Positions 41,020 to 53,835 of a DNA stretch of 64,000 nucleotides are shown in pieces. Every line of letters begins with the position of its first letter. Positions within the stretch are counted from its first letter, which is position 1. Source of the stretch: Octopus vulgaris (taxonomy: Eukaryota); contig OX597814.1 in assembly GCA_951406725.2 (NCBI GenBank), forward strand, positions 70,928,001 through 70,992,000, in the 5' to 3' direction. Below the pieces are notes generated by a model. It ran no database searches and was not told the DNA's origin. It saw only the letters and a list, made by a program, of their open reading frames with translations. The position numbers and the translations under genes were made by a program.

Positions 41020-42065
41020 AGACGAAGGAATTAAACGTGCCAAAAATTAAGACATAAAAACACTAAGAACAACAAAACATAACACCACACATCATCTTAA
41101 AATTTATATCAACACACAACCTCAGAAACAGTGAAGCATTCAACACTATTGTGTAATATCTTCCTTTACTAATTAGAGATCCAAAAATGAACGACATCCT
41201 GAAAACACACAAACTCAGCAAATGCAAAAAGCAACACAAATCGCTAAAGAGACTACTAACAAATGCGAAGCTTTACAAAAAAACCACGAATCCAACGGTT
41301 AAAAAATGTGGACGCCCAAACTGTGGACCCTGCCCCAACTTACTTGAAAGTTCGGATTTCCTTTTCAAACAAGGACAGAGGTTCACAATTTAAACTAGTT
41401 TCACTTGTGCCTCTGAGAACCTAATTTATGTAATAACCTGCTCGGGTTGCGGACACAACTATTTTGGACAGACGAGTATGACCTTAAGAAGGAGAACCAC
41501 TCCACATAAAGAGAAAATCCTTTTCCCGCAATACAGGCAAATTCCTCTCAGTGAACATATAGAAAACTGTGCAGAAAACATGAAACCAAATTTCACAGTC
41601 TTCCCCTTCTACCAGTGCAAAGAAACAATCTCTCCACAAGAACGTTTAAATAAAGAAAAATACAGAACACGTCCTAATATGCACACATAACCAACTTTTA
41701 TCTTTTTACATATTTCAATTCACGATTACATCACTGTACATAAATCCCCTTACTAAAGTTTTTTGAAACCTTTTTTGTGTGTACATATATATTCCCCTTC
41801 CCTTACCGAAAGCTGAACAGTTATCTCCCTTGCCCACAACAACAATAATAACGATAACCTCCCCTTATTTTTTTACTTGTTAAGTCATTCACCCGTAAAT
41901 ATCATCACACACAACATGGACAAAAATTTCTTCTTAAGAAAATACATATTCAAATAAGTAAACTATAAAATGAATAGCGAAAGCGAAACCGGTCGATATA
42001 TTAAAAATTATATTGTGACTATGTAAAGTGTGTGTCTATTTTCTTTTTTTAAATTTCTTATATAC
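41020..42065 (+). mobile_element. PLE 3' fragment (GIY-YIG plus tail), same family as 58973-60705
   Basis: Motifs CGRPNCGPCPNL, LIYVITCSGCGHNYFGQT and [20 protein letters not shown]. Confidence 0.92.
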
Positions 42066-42121
42066 ATTACAACACACAACGTGGGGATAATCGAAAATCC
42101 TCCTTTCTGTTACTACTACTA

Positions 42122-42202
<81 letters not shown>

Positions 42203-42596
42203 GGAGTAAACACATAAATGTGAAAAAAGGTGGAAAAAAGAGTACTCAAATACCAGTGGTAGAGTAATATGCTTTATTTAGAGCAGCAGAAAATTCAACA
42301 AAACCTGTTACTCTGAGTTTCGCGAAACTCAGAGTAACAGGTATCTGCTATTAATTTATTTAAATCATTTATATCACCATATCACCAACATTTATTTTGA
42401 TTGATGCGATGCATATGCTTCATCAGAAGTTTGAAAATAGATTGTAGCCTGAAAATAGTGAAGGATTAGAGATATAGGAAACATATGTGGGTGATATGGT
42501 GATATAAATGATTTAAATAACATCTTGAGCGTTTGTCACCATTTTCGATTATTCTAGTTTTTCCACAATACGTCCCACTTCTCCTCGGAATTATGT

Positions 42597-42712
42597 AAGA
42601 AAATACATATTCAAATAAGTAAACCATAATATGAATAGCGAAAGCGAAAGCGGTCGATATATTAAAACTATGTAAAGTGTGTGTATTTTCCTTTTTTAAT
42701 TTCTTATATATA
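42597..42712 (+). repeat. Direct repeat of the PLE tail 41936-42064, with a decayed HHR
   Basis: Both copies read aagaaaatacatattcaaataagtaaac..TGAATA-GC GAAA GC-GAAA-(C/G)CGG-TC-gat. Confidence 0.85.
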
Positions 42713-42778
42713 TATATATATCACCGTTGGCGATTTTTTTCCTCTGTCTTCCCTTCTCTGGATCTTTCCTTCTCCTAT

Positions 42779-42813
42779 GTTTCCGACGAAGAGCTCCGCT
42801 CGAAACGTTAAAC
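42779..42813 (+). ncRNA. Very small hammerhead motif in a short element flanked by (TA)n (42720-42915)
   Basis: Reads gttt-CCGACGA-a-GAGC tcc GCTC-GAAA-CG-TT-aaac, with palindromic stem III (ACGT). Confidence 0.68.
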
Positions 42814-43039
42814 CCTCCTTCTTTCCTTCTTTCTTGAGCGTCCAATAATACTATATTTGTTCCACGTCCTTGCGTTGTTGTGTTTTTTTGTGCTTTCTTG
42901 TTTGGATTAACTTTATATATATATATGCTTGGTTGTGCGTATGTGTGCAATATTTGGTGTCAGTAAATGTGCAGATCTGCATGTTTTGTTTCTGCATGTA
43001 TACTCATACATATTGCGTATCTTGACATCTGCATACGTA

Positions 43040-43495
43040 TTTATATGCTAAACGTTTGGAGTGCTTTATATATTTTGACAGTTCTATTCTCGGCTTCTAT
43101 CTGTAATCTGCTAATCAACTTTCTCCTTTCTAGTTTTGAGAATTCTGATTTCTTAAGAATGGTGCCGAGGCAGTTTGTTACTTATTCTAGTTTCCACATA
43201 ATTTCGAGTTTAAATCTAGGTGGTGTTGCTGTAAATTCTTACAGTAGTTAAGTTCAATACTGATTTCCTCTACTGTACATAGTTTTTCTTAACTGTCCCA
43301 ATTACTGTGTCTGGCCTGTGTTAAGTTTGCATTTTATTCAGATTTTCACAAGGTCATTTCACCAATACTCATTCATTTTATGTGTTGTTGTGGTCTCTAT
43401 CACACTGTGGGTGCTTATATTTAAGGCATCACTATTTTTCCGACAGATCTCATTGTACAGTATCTAGGCCAAAACATCATGTCTCATCGATAGAC
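43040..43495 (-). mobile_element. Decayed RLE LINE 3' fragment (R4-like)
   Basis: Manual translation gives RHDVLA.ILYNEI..EYW..KCK..HRPD..EKLCTVEEIS..KLISRLQ..TVKIYK. Confidence 0.6.
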
Positions 43496-44289
43496 AATAG
43501 AGTTAGTTATTTTAGGGTTGAGATGGTCGCGATTGGTCACTGATGGAACAAAAGGAAGTGAAGTCAGCTTAGTTGTAGCTGAGGTTAATAGTAGCGGTAT
43601 TGGTGTTATCAAGGAATTGTGATTGGAGAGGTCAAGTCGAAAAAATTCTAAAAACAGGAAAATTCTTGAAATCACCATCATAAAAAGTGAGGAGAAGGTA
43701 GAGGAGAAGGAAAAGAGTTGCGACGGCAGTGGTTTTGATAAACTATTAAAGGGTGAAATGCACAGTGTAGAGATTTCATAAGAGCAAAGAGAGAAAGAGA
43801 GAAGATAATAAGCAATAAAGAAAGCCAAAATAATGATGGGACATTGAAACAGGGTGGTGAAAGGAAGAAAAAGAGAGTGTATAGAAGAAATAAGGGAGTC
43901 GGAAATGAGAAAACATGAAGAAATACATATTTAGATACATATTTGTCATACTTTATGCTTTATTTATACCTGGATTGTGCATGTGTGTGATTTTTCTTTT
44001 AGTTACCAAGCTGTTTGTTGAAGCTATTACACTAACAAAAGATTTCAGGAATAAAACAGTTTGCTAGTAAATTTGAAGTGATTCAATAGATAATTTTATT
44101 TTTCGTTATCTTACATTCGAAATTGATTAAATGGTTTTGTTTGAAACGGTTTGATGTTGTCTCATAATTTTGTACAACTGTCTTTGGGTCATTTTTATCT
44201 TCATTGAAGCAAATTTTGTATCACACGTAAGAAGCCTTGTCACTGTTTTGGAATACGAGATTCTAAAGAATTAGCTTACAAGCTTATAG

Positions 44290-45180
44290 CAAAACATTAT
44301 GCTGTAATACAGCAAATGTGTGCGCGACAGGAATCTAAAGATCGTTTTTTAGTCCATGTTTCCAGCTTTAAGACAATCAATAAGAGACATTCAACATCTT
44401 TAGCAGATTTTGTATGGCAACTGAAAGAGGATAAAACGAAGTACAGCATAAATTGGTCCATAGTAAGGTATGAAAAACCATACAATATAATTTCCTGGAG
44501 ATGCCGTCTCTGCTCCGAGGAATTCCTGTCTATTCTGTGGACTAACGAGAAGATAATTAATAGAATTTCTGAACGGCTATCGAGATGCCCACACGCATAT
44601 AAATGTACTTTCACACAATGCAGTGAGAATGAATTCTAAGTAACCGTTAACTTAATTTAATTTCATTTACCTTAAAGTATGGATGACTTAAGTTTACTTA
44701 TAACCTCCCCATTCTTATAAACACCAAGTAAATAACTAACTCGCTTTGTGATCATGAGTACACCAAACCTCGCGTGTGCGTATGCTCACATTTTTGCCGA
44801 TGCTTGTATGAGCATGTGTACTCGCACCATGCAGCTTGACCGAGAGCGTTTATACATCCATATCTGTTAACGGTCATTTTCAATACTTTTTTCGCTGGAT
44901 TACGTGTTCGTTTCTCTTTTTGTCATCTGCAATTTTTTATTCTATATAAATGAAGATATTTCCTCCATCTGGCTGTCTTTTTCTCTACAAAACGGAAAAT
45001 TACATTATGGAGCAGTCATTTTAACGAGTTGCATTTATTTATTTATCACCCGACGAGATACACCTTCACCACTGGATGCTCCTGAACTAGTTGTTGAGTG
45101 TCCCACGCAAGCGGAATTGATGCTAGATGTGTCGTGATTAATAATAAATTTTCGTATATTCCATTTTCTGTCTTTCATTT
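44290..45180 (+). mobile_element. PLE 3' fragment (GIY-YIG C-terminal half plus tail)
   Basis: ORF 44316-44639 reads KDRFLVHVSSF..STSLADFVWQLKE..INWSIV..CRLCSEE..IINRISE..RCPH. Confidence 0.88.
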
Positions 45181-45181
45181 G

Positions 45182-45248
<67 letters not shown>

Positions 45249-45323
45249 TTTAGAGATAGTAGGCCCTTTCATCTCACCATATAAAAAAAAAATTTATTTT
45301 AAATACCTACTACTTTATAACTT

Positions 45324-45418
45324 AGCTACACGTGTTTCATGAGCTACATTTCCCGGTTCCTAAACCACTCCGTGGTTTACTGGAACCATTCTTAAAATAT
45401 AACACCAATCATCAGGCC
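45324..45418 (-). ncRNA. Type I hammerhead motif with extended stem II
   Basis: Minus strand reads ggc-CTGATGA-[ttggt gttatattt..ggttcc ag taaaccac gga gtggttta ggaacc..aaatgtagc tcat]-GAAA-CACGTG-TA-gct. Confidence 0.75.
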
Positions 45419-46069
45419 CCTATATCACTTTCTCATAGTTCAATACTATAAACTATATTTCAATTTTTTAAAACCCATAAATATGTGTAAAATAGATTCG
45501 CCGGACCCTTCAATACAAGCCATAATTTAATTCAAATAAAAATTCAAATAAGAAATAAGAAATAAAAAATTAGAATAAAAATTACAAAAATAAAATGAGA
45601 AATAAAAATGCGAAAAAATTCGAAAAATAAAAAAATTACAAAAACTATGTTCTTGTGTAACTTATATCTATAAATATAAAATTAGTAATATATAGGGTTA
45701 AAAATAAAATATATACTTGTGATAATTTAAAATGATATAAAATGCAAGGAATGGCAAGAAAATATATATACGAATAAAAATGGAGGCAATGACGAATAAA
45801 GATTTTCGAATAAAAGCTATAGTACTAATTACGAACTGCAAAATTTACAAATGATACGAATAATAACTTTTAAAAATTTACAAAATAAAATAAAATAAAA
45901 ATAACTTGATGGTAACATATAGGAAAATATACAAGTCACCGATGGCTCCATTATCCTACAACGTCTTAATTATGGTTTGACATTGCAAAGTCCAGCGAAG
46001 TACTCACACACCTCCTTCTTGCTTCTTTAAACTATTATTCCTCCCCACATATACATAATATATCGCTGT

Positions 46070-46180
46070 TGTTATTATCATTATCACTGTTATTTACTTA
46101 AAATCTGCATCTTTGATGCAATGACCTGCCGAGACACACCCAGCACCCTAAGGCAAGTGAAGATTAAGAGATATTGAAAT
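46070..46180 (-). mobile_element. R4/Dong-like LINE 3' UTR remnant
   Basis: aatctgcat..agacacacccagcaccctaaggcaagtgaag matches 8958-9010. Adjacent to a decayed (TTA)n. Confidence 0.65.
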
Positions 46181-46226
46181 ATAAATGAATACTTGGCTAG
46201 GGTAAGTGGCGAGGGCAGCAGAGAAA

Positions 46227-46540
46227 TCTCTATATATAAAACTGAGAATGTGTGTGTGTCTGACAGTCTATATGTTTGTATGTGTGCATCACTAAAAGTC
46301 GAGAACTACCCAACCGATTTCATTCAAACTTTTTACGTGCCTTACTTCGGGTCGTGCACTGTAATGGGCACCAAAACTTTTCAACTTCTTGCCTACTGCG
46401 AGCCCGAAGCAATCTCTTATCGCGTACACTATTTCAGTATTACGTGTCAAAAGTGAAACAATAACATCACTATTGTAATGTGAGATAATACTTCCAGGTT
46501 TAATAGTTTCACTATTAATAGTGAAAGTATTATCTGTCTT
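46227..46540 (+). mobile_element. Helitron 5' terminal fragment (non-coding)
   Basis: Starts A|TCTCTATATATAAAACTGAGAATGTGTG and is homologous over about 300 bp to 54429-54712. Confidence 0.8.
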
Positions 46541-46571
46541 ACATATATACATGCATATACACACACGCACA

Positions 46572-46674
<103 letters not shown>

Positions 46675-46699
46675 CTTATGTGATGATGAATTGCCGCCC

Positions 46700-47620
46700 A
46701 TAAGAGAAGTATTTGAAATGTGGAATCAGAATTTGCAAGATTGATATGGTCCAAGTTCATGCATGACAATTGATGAACAATTAGTTTCATTCAGAGGACG
46801 CTGCCCATCCCGAATATATCTTCCCTAAAAACCAGGGGAATAGGGAATTAAAATTTGGGCAATGTGTGACAGTGAAACATCTAATGCCTGGAAAATGCAA
46901 ATCTACACTGGGAGACAAATCAAGGTTCAAGAGTTGTTGAAGACCTAGTAAAATAACTTGAAATTACTGGTCGCAATATAACTTGTGATAATTTTTTAAA
47001 AGTCTAGGATTGGCTCGAAAGCTGCTTAGCAAGAAAACTACTTTAGTTGGAACAATTAGAGAGAATAGAGTTGAACTTCCAAGTGCTTTCACAAATGGAA
47101 AAGAAACAGAAATCAACAGCACAATATTTGAATTTCAAAAGGATTCTATGATCCTATCTCATTGTCCCAAGAAAAATTATGCTACCACACTTATGAGTAC
47201 AATGCACTCTCAATCTTCAATTGATTCAAAAAGTGCTGAAAGGAAACCTGAAGTTATTACATGTTGCAACAAAACAAAAGGAGGAATAGATGTCCTAGAT
47301 AAGATGGTAAGGATATACACTTGCAAATGAATAACTCGAAGATGACCTATGGTTATATTCTATAACATGATTGATAAGTGCAGTTAATGCTTTCATTGTT
47401 GCTAAACAGCTTCACTTGCAAAGTTTCAAGGATAAAAAAAGACAGTACCTAATTCAGTTAGAAAGGAACTTGCTGGAGTTAATGCTAAACAAGAACATGA
47501 TAAACAATCTCCTAGTTCCGCTAACATTTCTCAACCAAACAAAGAAAGAAGACGATCTTCAACCTCATTTGAGATTCCTTAGCCAAACGAAAAAGGAAGA
47601 TGCTCTTTCTGTGGCTTCAA
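46700..47620 (+). mobile_element. piggyBac transposase pseudogene fragment
   Basis: Motifs MTIDEQLVSFRGRCP..KPG..GIKIWAMCD, GRNITCDNFF, TLVGTIRENR and NKTKGGIDVLDK, with many stops. Confidence 0.92.
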
Positions 47621-47771
47621 AAATGAGGTTGAAGATCGTCTTCTTTCTTTGTTTGGTTGAGAAATGTTAGCGGAACTAGGAGATTGTTTATCATGTTCTT
47701 GTTTAGCATTAACTCCAGCAAGTTCCTTTCTAACTGAATTAGGTACTGTCTTTTTTTATCCTTGAAACTTT
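47420..47771. repeat. Perfect inverted repeat with 151-bp arms and a 50-bp spacer
   Basis: 47420-47570 is the reverse complement of 47621-47771; I saw no mismatch. Confidence 0.95.
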
Positions 47772-47774
47772 CCA

Positions 47775-47960
47775 GTAGTAACCGCACTAGACAAAATGCT
47801 TAGTACCATTTTGTAGCTCTTTACGTTCAAACGCTGCCGAGTTCGACAAACCCTTTCATAGTTTGGGGGTCGATAAAATAAGTACCAGTTGAACACTTAG
47901 GTCTATTAACTCCTTCCCACAAAATTTCAGGCCTTATGCCTATATTAAAAAGGATTATTT
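47775..47960 (+). mobile_element. SINE, decayed
   Basis: Reads aaaatgcttag..tttacgttc..gtcgataaataagtaccagttg..aaaatttcaggccttatgcc. Confidence 0.8.
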
Positions 47961-48029
47961 CAGAATTATAATTTTTGTGTTGTGTGGAATTATTTATTAA
48001 TGCAAAGGTGAATTCCATGGAAGTAATGT

Positions 48030-48227
48030 TTTTTCTACTCTAGGCACAAGGCCCGAAAATTTGGGGGAGGAGGCCAATTGATTAGATCGATCACAGTACG
48101 CAACTGGTACTTAATTTATCGACCCCGAAAGAATGAAAGGCAAAGTCGACATCGGTGGAATTTGAACTCAGAACGTAAAGACAGACGAAATTCCACTAAG
48201 CATTTCACCCGGCATGCTAACGTTTCT
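48030..48227 (-). mobile_element. SINE body; its 5' end lies at 53484-53500 beyond the inserted LINE
   Basis: Has B-box-like gagttcaaattcc. The 15-bp TSD ttccatggaagtaat at 48013-48027 and 53499-53513 brackets the SINE plus LINE. Confidence 0.9.
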
Positions 48228-51200
48228 TAATTTTTTATTATCCATAAGGACATACATAGAAGGGACTGCACAATGAAATCGAATGATTTTACATGAAATG
48301 CGATTGGGGTCCTTTTAAAAATTCTAAATACATTATATATAATACGGATGATGATAGGACACAAGAAGACATAACAGATGGAGTAGAGGCGGGTTTATAA
48401 CGGACCTCGCGACCCCTCCTTACCACTGACCTGGTTTTTTAAACCATATCGCATTCACGCGGAGCCGTTCATGCCCGACATTCTTCCATGTTGCCAGTTG
48501 ACATTTTTCGAAACATGTCTTAAGTCAAACATTTCCTCTCCATTTAAGTGGAAGATGAAAAAATTCACCAGATTAGGGCCAGAGATGAAGGTGCCTAACT
48601 TTATTCCTTTCATTCTTGTCCTCCATATAATCCCTCTCGCAGTTGCTACTGCAGAGAGAAAATAATTCTTACCTTCTTTCGTTAAGAAATCCGGTGGGTT
48701 AATTTTTACTATAGATTCAGTCGACAGCTGTACTCTTCCTCCACCTGACATCAGTTGTTCGGCATAAACCCACACGTCAGACACTTCCGGGCACTGAACA
48801 ATAGCGTGCGGGACGGTTTCCTTATCCCACCCACACCTTGGACAGGTCGGAGTGTTTCATGTAAAATCATGCCTTGAGAGTTTATCCCGGACAGGTAAGG
48901 CTCCACGATAACAGTGCCAGGCCAAAGACTTCTGAAAATTATCTAGGGTCTTCGGCCCGAATGTACGTTGGAACAGACTGGCCACTGATTATCGTCAAAG
49001 CCTAGGGTCTCTCCCAATGTATCATCGCATTCCGCCTCTACAAACTCTCTATAAAAGACAGCGGTGGAACCACTGCCACAAGCATTACTCGAGCGACGGA
49101 AAAGCAGGAGTGCTTTGCGACACCCCGTATACCAAGTACCCAACGAAACTAGTGAACCTGGGAAACATCTGTTTCGGCAGCGAAGACCACAGCCGTTAAC
49201 CATCCAGGTAGAGCCACAGGTACCTCTGCCTCAGCGCATGTCTGCGCATCAGTAGCCAAGGCATCCCTAGCCCACCTTTTAATAGTTGTTGACAGCAAAT
49301 AGAGCGTCTCACAAGCGGTTTCGAGCCCTGCCACAAGAAGTGGAAGAGCTGTCTTTCCAGCTTGATCAACCACGAATCAGGACAAGGCACGACGGTAAGG
49401 CGGTATGTGATGACCGATGCGATAAACACATTGACCACCTCCGCCCTCCCTTTCAGAGATAGCCACCGCCAAGGTCTTGGCAATGTGGGCCACTCTGCTC
49501 AGTACCTCGACCCAGTTCTTCTCTATTTGGAGGTCTGGTCCGAACCAAACCACTAGCAACTTAATCGGACCCTCTGTCTAACGTCCCACGACGCTGTCAG
49601 GAGGTATCGAATTGCTTCTCTAAGTGCTGTGCTGCAAGCCGACTGATTTTTCACGATTAACTTTTACTCCTGTCACCGTCTCGTATTCCTCAATGGCCTT
49701 GCCTACCCACTGTAGGTGAGCCATTTTGGTCACGATGATGGTGATGTCATCTGCGTAGGCTGAAACCGACATCTCACAACCTGGCTGTCTCGGAATGACA
49801 CTCAACTTTCGCTGTAATGGCTCAAAGTGCCATCACATACAAAAGCGGGGAGCGCCGACATCCTTGACGAACCAAGCATTTGACGTGGAACAGCTTAGAA
49901 AGAAAGCCGTTCACCCGAACTACCGAGTCAATGTTGTCATACATTTGAATGATCCACCTGAGGAAGCCAAGACCCAGGCCGAACTGTGCCAGAACGGACA
50001 CCAGGTAGTGATGGTCGACCCTATCAAAAGCTTTTGATTGGTCTAAATGGGCCACTGCCCCTCCCTTGATGGAATCGTTATTAATTCCCTCTATAGTGTA
50101 ACGTATATGATGGAGATTATCCTGAATGAACCTGCTGGGGATGGCACATGTCTGTGCCCCCCGATCAGCCCATCCGCGACACGCGCCAATCTTTTCGATA
50201 ACACTTTGGCCAAAATCTTCAGCTCTGCGTTGGGCAGAGTGATGGGCCTAAAATTATCAATGACATCCCTCTTGTTCGGGTCCTTCTTGACGAGCGTAAC
50301 CACTCCCCGGCGTACAGATCTGGGGATGAGCCCATTCTGTTTCCAGTTCGCGTAGACACTTGCCAGTAGGTGTCCGAACAAGTCTGGCATACTCTTATAC
50401 AGCTCGTAGGTTATATCATCCAGCCCTGGCGCCTTACCCGCGCCTCAGTCCGCCATGGCGTCTTTTACCTCCTCAGGCGTAATCGGTCACTCACTACAGC
50501 TCGCATCCTGCCCCGAGAGGCGCGGCAGCCCGGCGAGGAAGTCCATTACGTGCTTCCAACACTCCGCCCCCTCCCATCAAAAAGCTGGGCGAAGTGGTCC
50601 TGAAAGACCTCACACATCTCCTCGGGTTCGTCTATCAACTTACCTTGTTGGTTCGTCAAAGATCGAATTGTGGCATCATTGCCACCTTGAGCTTCCACCA
50701 CTCCGGCCCATCCCGCAGCATTGATTCCCTCGCAACCTGTTGCACGTTGTCTAGCCCTGACAATGCAACCCATGTGTTTGGCTTCGAGGTGCTGGTTTAA
50801 CATCAGCCTCTTGGCTTTCGCCTGAACCGCAGAGCCAGTTCGCATTGCTTCCTCTAAGTACTTAACTAGAGCTGATTCCCTTCTAGCCTCTCTAGTCACT
50901 AAACCTAGGCTATATCTAATAGACTCATATTTAATGGCTCGCTTGAGGGCATATCACCATTTGTTGTTAATAATGGATCCGGTTAATGCCCTCTGAATTA
51001 ACATCTTAATCCGGTCTCTCTACTCCTTAATCGCCTATAGGGACATATTAAGTTTCCAGTAGCCAGGACCTCTATATAACGTATCTATGTCGAGCTTACA
51101 GGTGACCATCTTGTGATCACTGTAGCTGACCATGTGAAACTGTGGACACCTAGCTATCTTCTTATCTACTTTTCTAATTAATACTCTAACTAAATAAGAC

Positions 51201-53483
51201 CTGGAAGATCCGTCGCTATTTGCCCATGTCCACAATGGAGCGTTCGAAAATTCCAGTCTGCATGGATCTACCAGCTCAAAACGTTCCTAGTAGATCCTGG
51301 AAGCAAGCATTACTTCTCCTATTAACACACGAGCCAACATAATCTACGCCTGCATCGCAGATTGTGTTATAGTCTCCTAGCACAACTAAGGGATGTGATG
51401 TACCAAGAAACTTCTCTAGGTTCCGATAATACTCAGTTTGCCCTGTATCTTGAGGTGCATAAATTGCAACCAGTCTGATAGTCTTACAACGACTGAACGT
51501 CAAGTCAATGACGACCAGCCTACCTTCTGGATCTGCAAAAATCAACTTTTTCTCAGAAACTCGGTTTCTTTTTAATAGGACCAACAACCCATTTCCGCTA
51601 TGAGGACAGCACGGAGAGATGAAACTCTCGTAACCGTCAAACAGCGGAAGCAAATCTCTTGGCCCCTTCAACCGGGTTTTTGTAGCAACATCTAAATCCT
51701 GTGACATGACGTCATTCAGGAGGCGTCCTTGCTTCCAAGTAAACGTGAGGCCACGCACATTTATACATCCAACGTGAATGCTTGACATGGACTTACCTTA
51801 GTCAGTGGTACTCTCTTTTTCACTGATTCGTGGGGTGATATTTTGACATAGGTCCTCGTACATCGACTTGTTAAAATCAAGTCTTGGAGGACCCACGTCA
51901 GTTGGGTGGTGGTTTCTTAAGATGCGATAGTTCATTTTATCTATTTTATAAATGGCAATATTTTCTGGAGTCTTATGGTGATGTTTGTAAATTGACGCCG
52001 TTGGTATTTGCTTTAATCTGTTTTTTAATTGTTCGTTATCATTGTTTATTGCAGTCAGTATTTCCTTATATTTGTTAGATTTTCTTGGACTTGATATCGG
52101 GCACAGATTGCCTGGGCTTGGCGGATGAGAGGTGATGTCTGGGAGAGGGGGGAAATCCGAACTAGAAGGACAAGGGGGGATTCATCGCCGAGGGAGGGAT
52201 AGGATGAGGTGGAATCTGATATTGTTGACTTTGGGAGGAATAGTGGTGGGGTGGGGTAATTTTTCTTTGAGTGTCCTGAGTTTTTCTTTTGGTTGTTGTT
52301 ATTATTTTTCCTGTTTTTTGGTTCTTACTACCGACCAGCCGTCTTTTTCACCGGCTTGTTGAACACCATCAGTGCTGGGGCTCTGCTGGTCGGTCCTTTG
52401 GTTTAGCTTTTTTTTCTTTTGTTCTTTTTTCTTCTTTTTTCTCCTTGCGGGTGGGGAAGTTTACCCGAATGTGGACTTTTTCGCCAAATTCGTAGCATCT
52501 GGGTTTCCTGCCCTCCACCATTACCCGCAAGGTGGTTTCTTCTCCTTTATGGATGTTCTCAGCAATTTCTTCTAACGTCTGGAGGGGGGGGGATTGGATT
52601 ATGATCTCTAACCCTTGGCTCCGCCAGTTCTGTTGTTGTATTCTGAAAGCTTCAATCATCTTGATTTTATCCCCAAGCCCAATTAGAAGGGCTGAGATAA
52701 TCCAGATGACATTTATTTCCGGTGGGATTTCCTCAATAACTATTTTGGATGTTCTCCTACCTGTATAAGTTGGCAATAAAATGACTTCATTGGTTTTTAT
52801 CGGTTGGAGCGAGTGTTTTGTAGCCTTTTCCTCATTTTTGAACTACACCACTACTGTGGGGTATCTTCTCCCTCTGGTCAAGAACTCGATGTCTTACCAG
52901 ATGGGTTGTAGTCACTTCTCGATTTGTTCTTTGGATACCTTGTCAATTTTCTTGTCTCTTATTATCATTGTCTTATATGTTATTATTTTCCTCTTTGCTT
53001 CTTCGATGAGGTCGTTAGGGAGGGTGGCTTTAAACATCAAAACCTTCCCTTTCGAACATACCTCTGTGTTGCCGCAGTGAATCTAGCTCTATGTTCAATT
53101 TATCTTTTCTCACACCGGCTGCGGTGGCAAAATTAATCTTCCTTTGGTTGTCTTCTGTTGGGTTTACTTTTCCATTGTTCATTTTATCGTTTTCAGAATT
53201 TATTTTTCTTTCTTGGTTCCTTTTTCCGTTTACTGCATTTATGTGGTTTTCGTTCACATTTCTTTCATTTTGTTTTGTTTTACAGTTGCTCTTTGGTTAG
53301 CTTGGTCATTCATTTTCACAAAAATAAATATTTTCCTAAATATTTTTTCCTAAAATTATTTCAAAACACTATGTCTGTTAAAACAGAACGTAGGACAATA
53401 AGAAAAGTTCAAAATTTAACAATAAATGGCAACAATAACAATAAATAATAATAACAATTACTGACCAAATTCTCGCAAATTAA
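48228..53483 (-). mobile_element. Second L1/Tx1-clade LINE (about 5.25 kb), more decayed
   Basis: ORF1 (YTGRRTSK..VEGRKPRCYE) is homologous to the first copy. APE 51276-51788 (INVRGL, GDYN, SYL, YSDH); RT motifs LDQSKAFDRV, VRQGC and AYADDI. Confidence 0.95.
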
Positions 53484-53526
53484 CTGCAGCTTGCCGCCTT
53501 CCATGGAAGTAATATTAATGGCAGAG

Positions 53527-53835
53527 AAGGCGCGTGACTTAGTGGTTAGGATATTCGGCTCACATTTGTAAGATCGTGAGTTCGATTTCCGCTGTGCGTT
53601 ATGTCCTGGAGCAAAACACTTTATTTCACCTTGCTCCGGCCCACTTAGCTGGCAAAAATGAGTAGTGTTTGTATTTCGGAGTGCCAGCTTTGTCACATTC
53701 TCTTCCGCACTGAATACCTCTGAGAACTACGCTAAGGGTACAGTTGTTTGTGGAGTGCTCAGCCACTTTCACGTTAATCTCACGTTGATCGGATCAACTG
53801 GTACCCTCGTCGTTGTAACTGACGAAGTGCCAGTT
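53527..53835 (+). mobile_element. Full-length tRNA-derived SINE
   Basis: A-box-like gtgacttagtgg, B-box-like gagttcgatttcc and central gtcctggagcaaaacactttatttcac; ends cgtcgttgtaactgacgaagtgccag. Confidence 0.82.

Noticed and set aside
53527-53600. tRNA genes at SINE heads (also 18720-18769, 23903-23940 and 55455-55540)
   Set aside because: They have A/B-box similarity only, with no full cloverleaf, and continue into SINE bodies.
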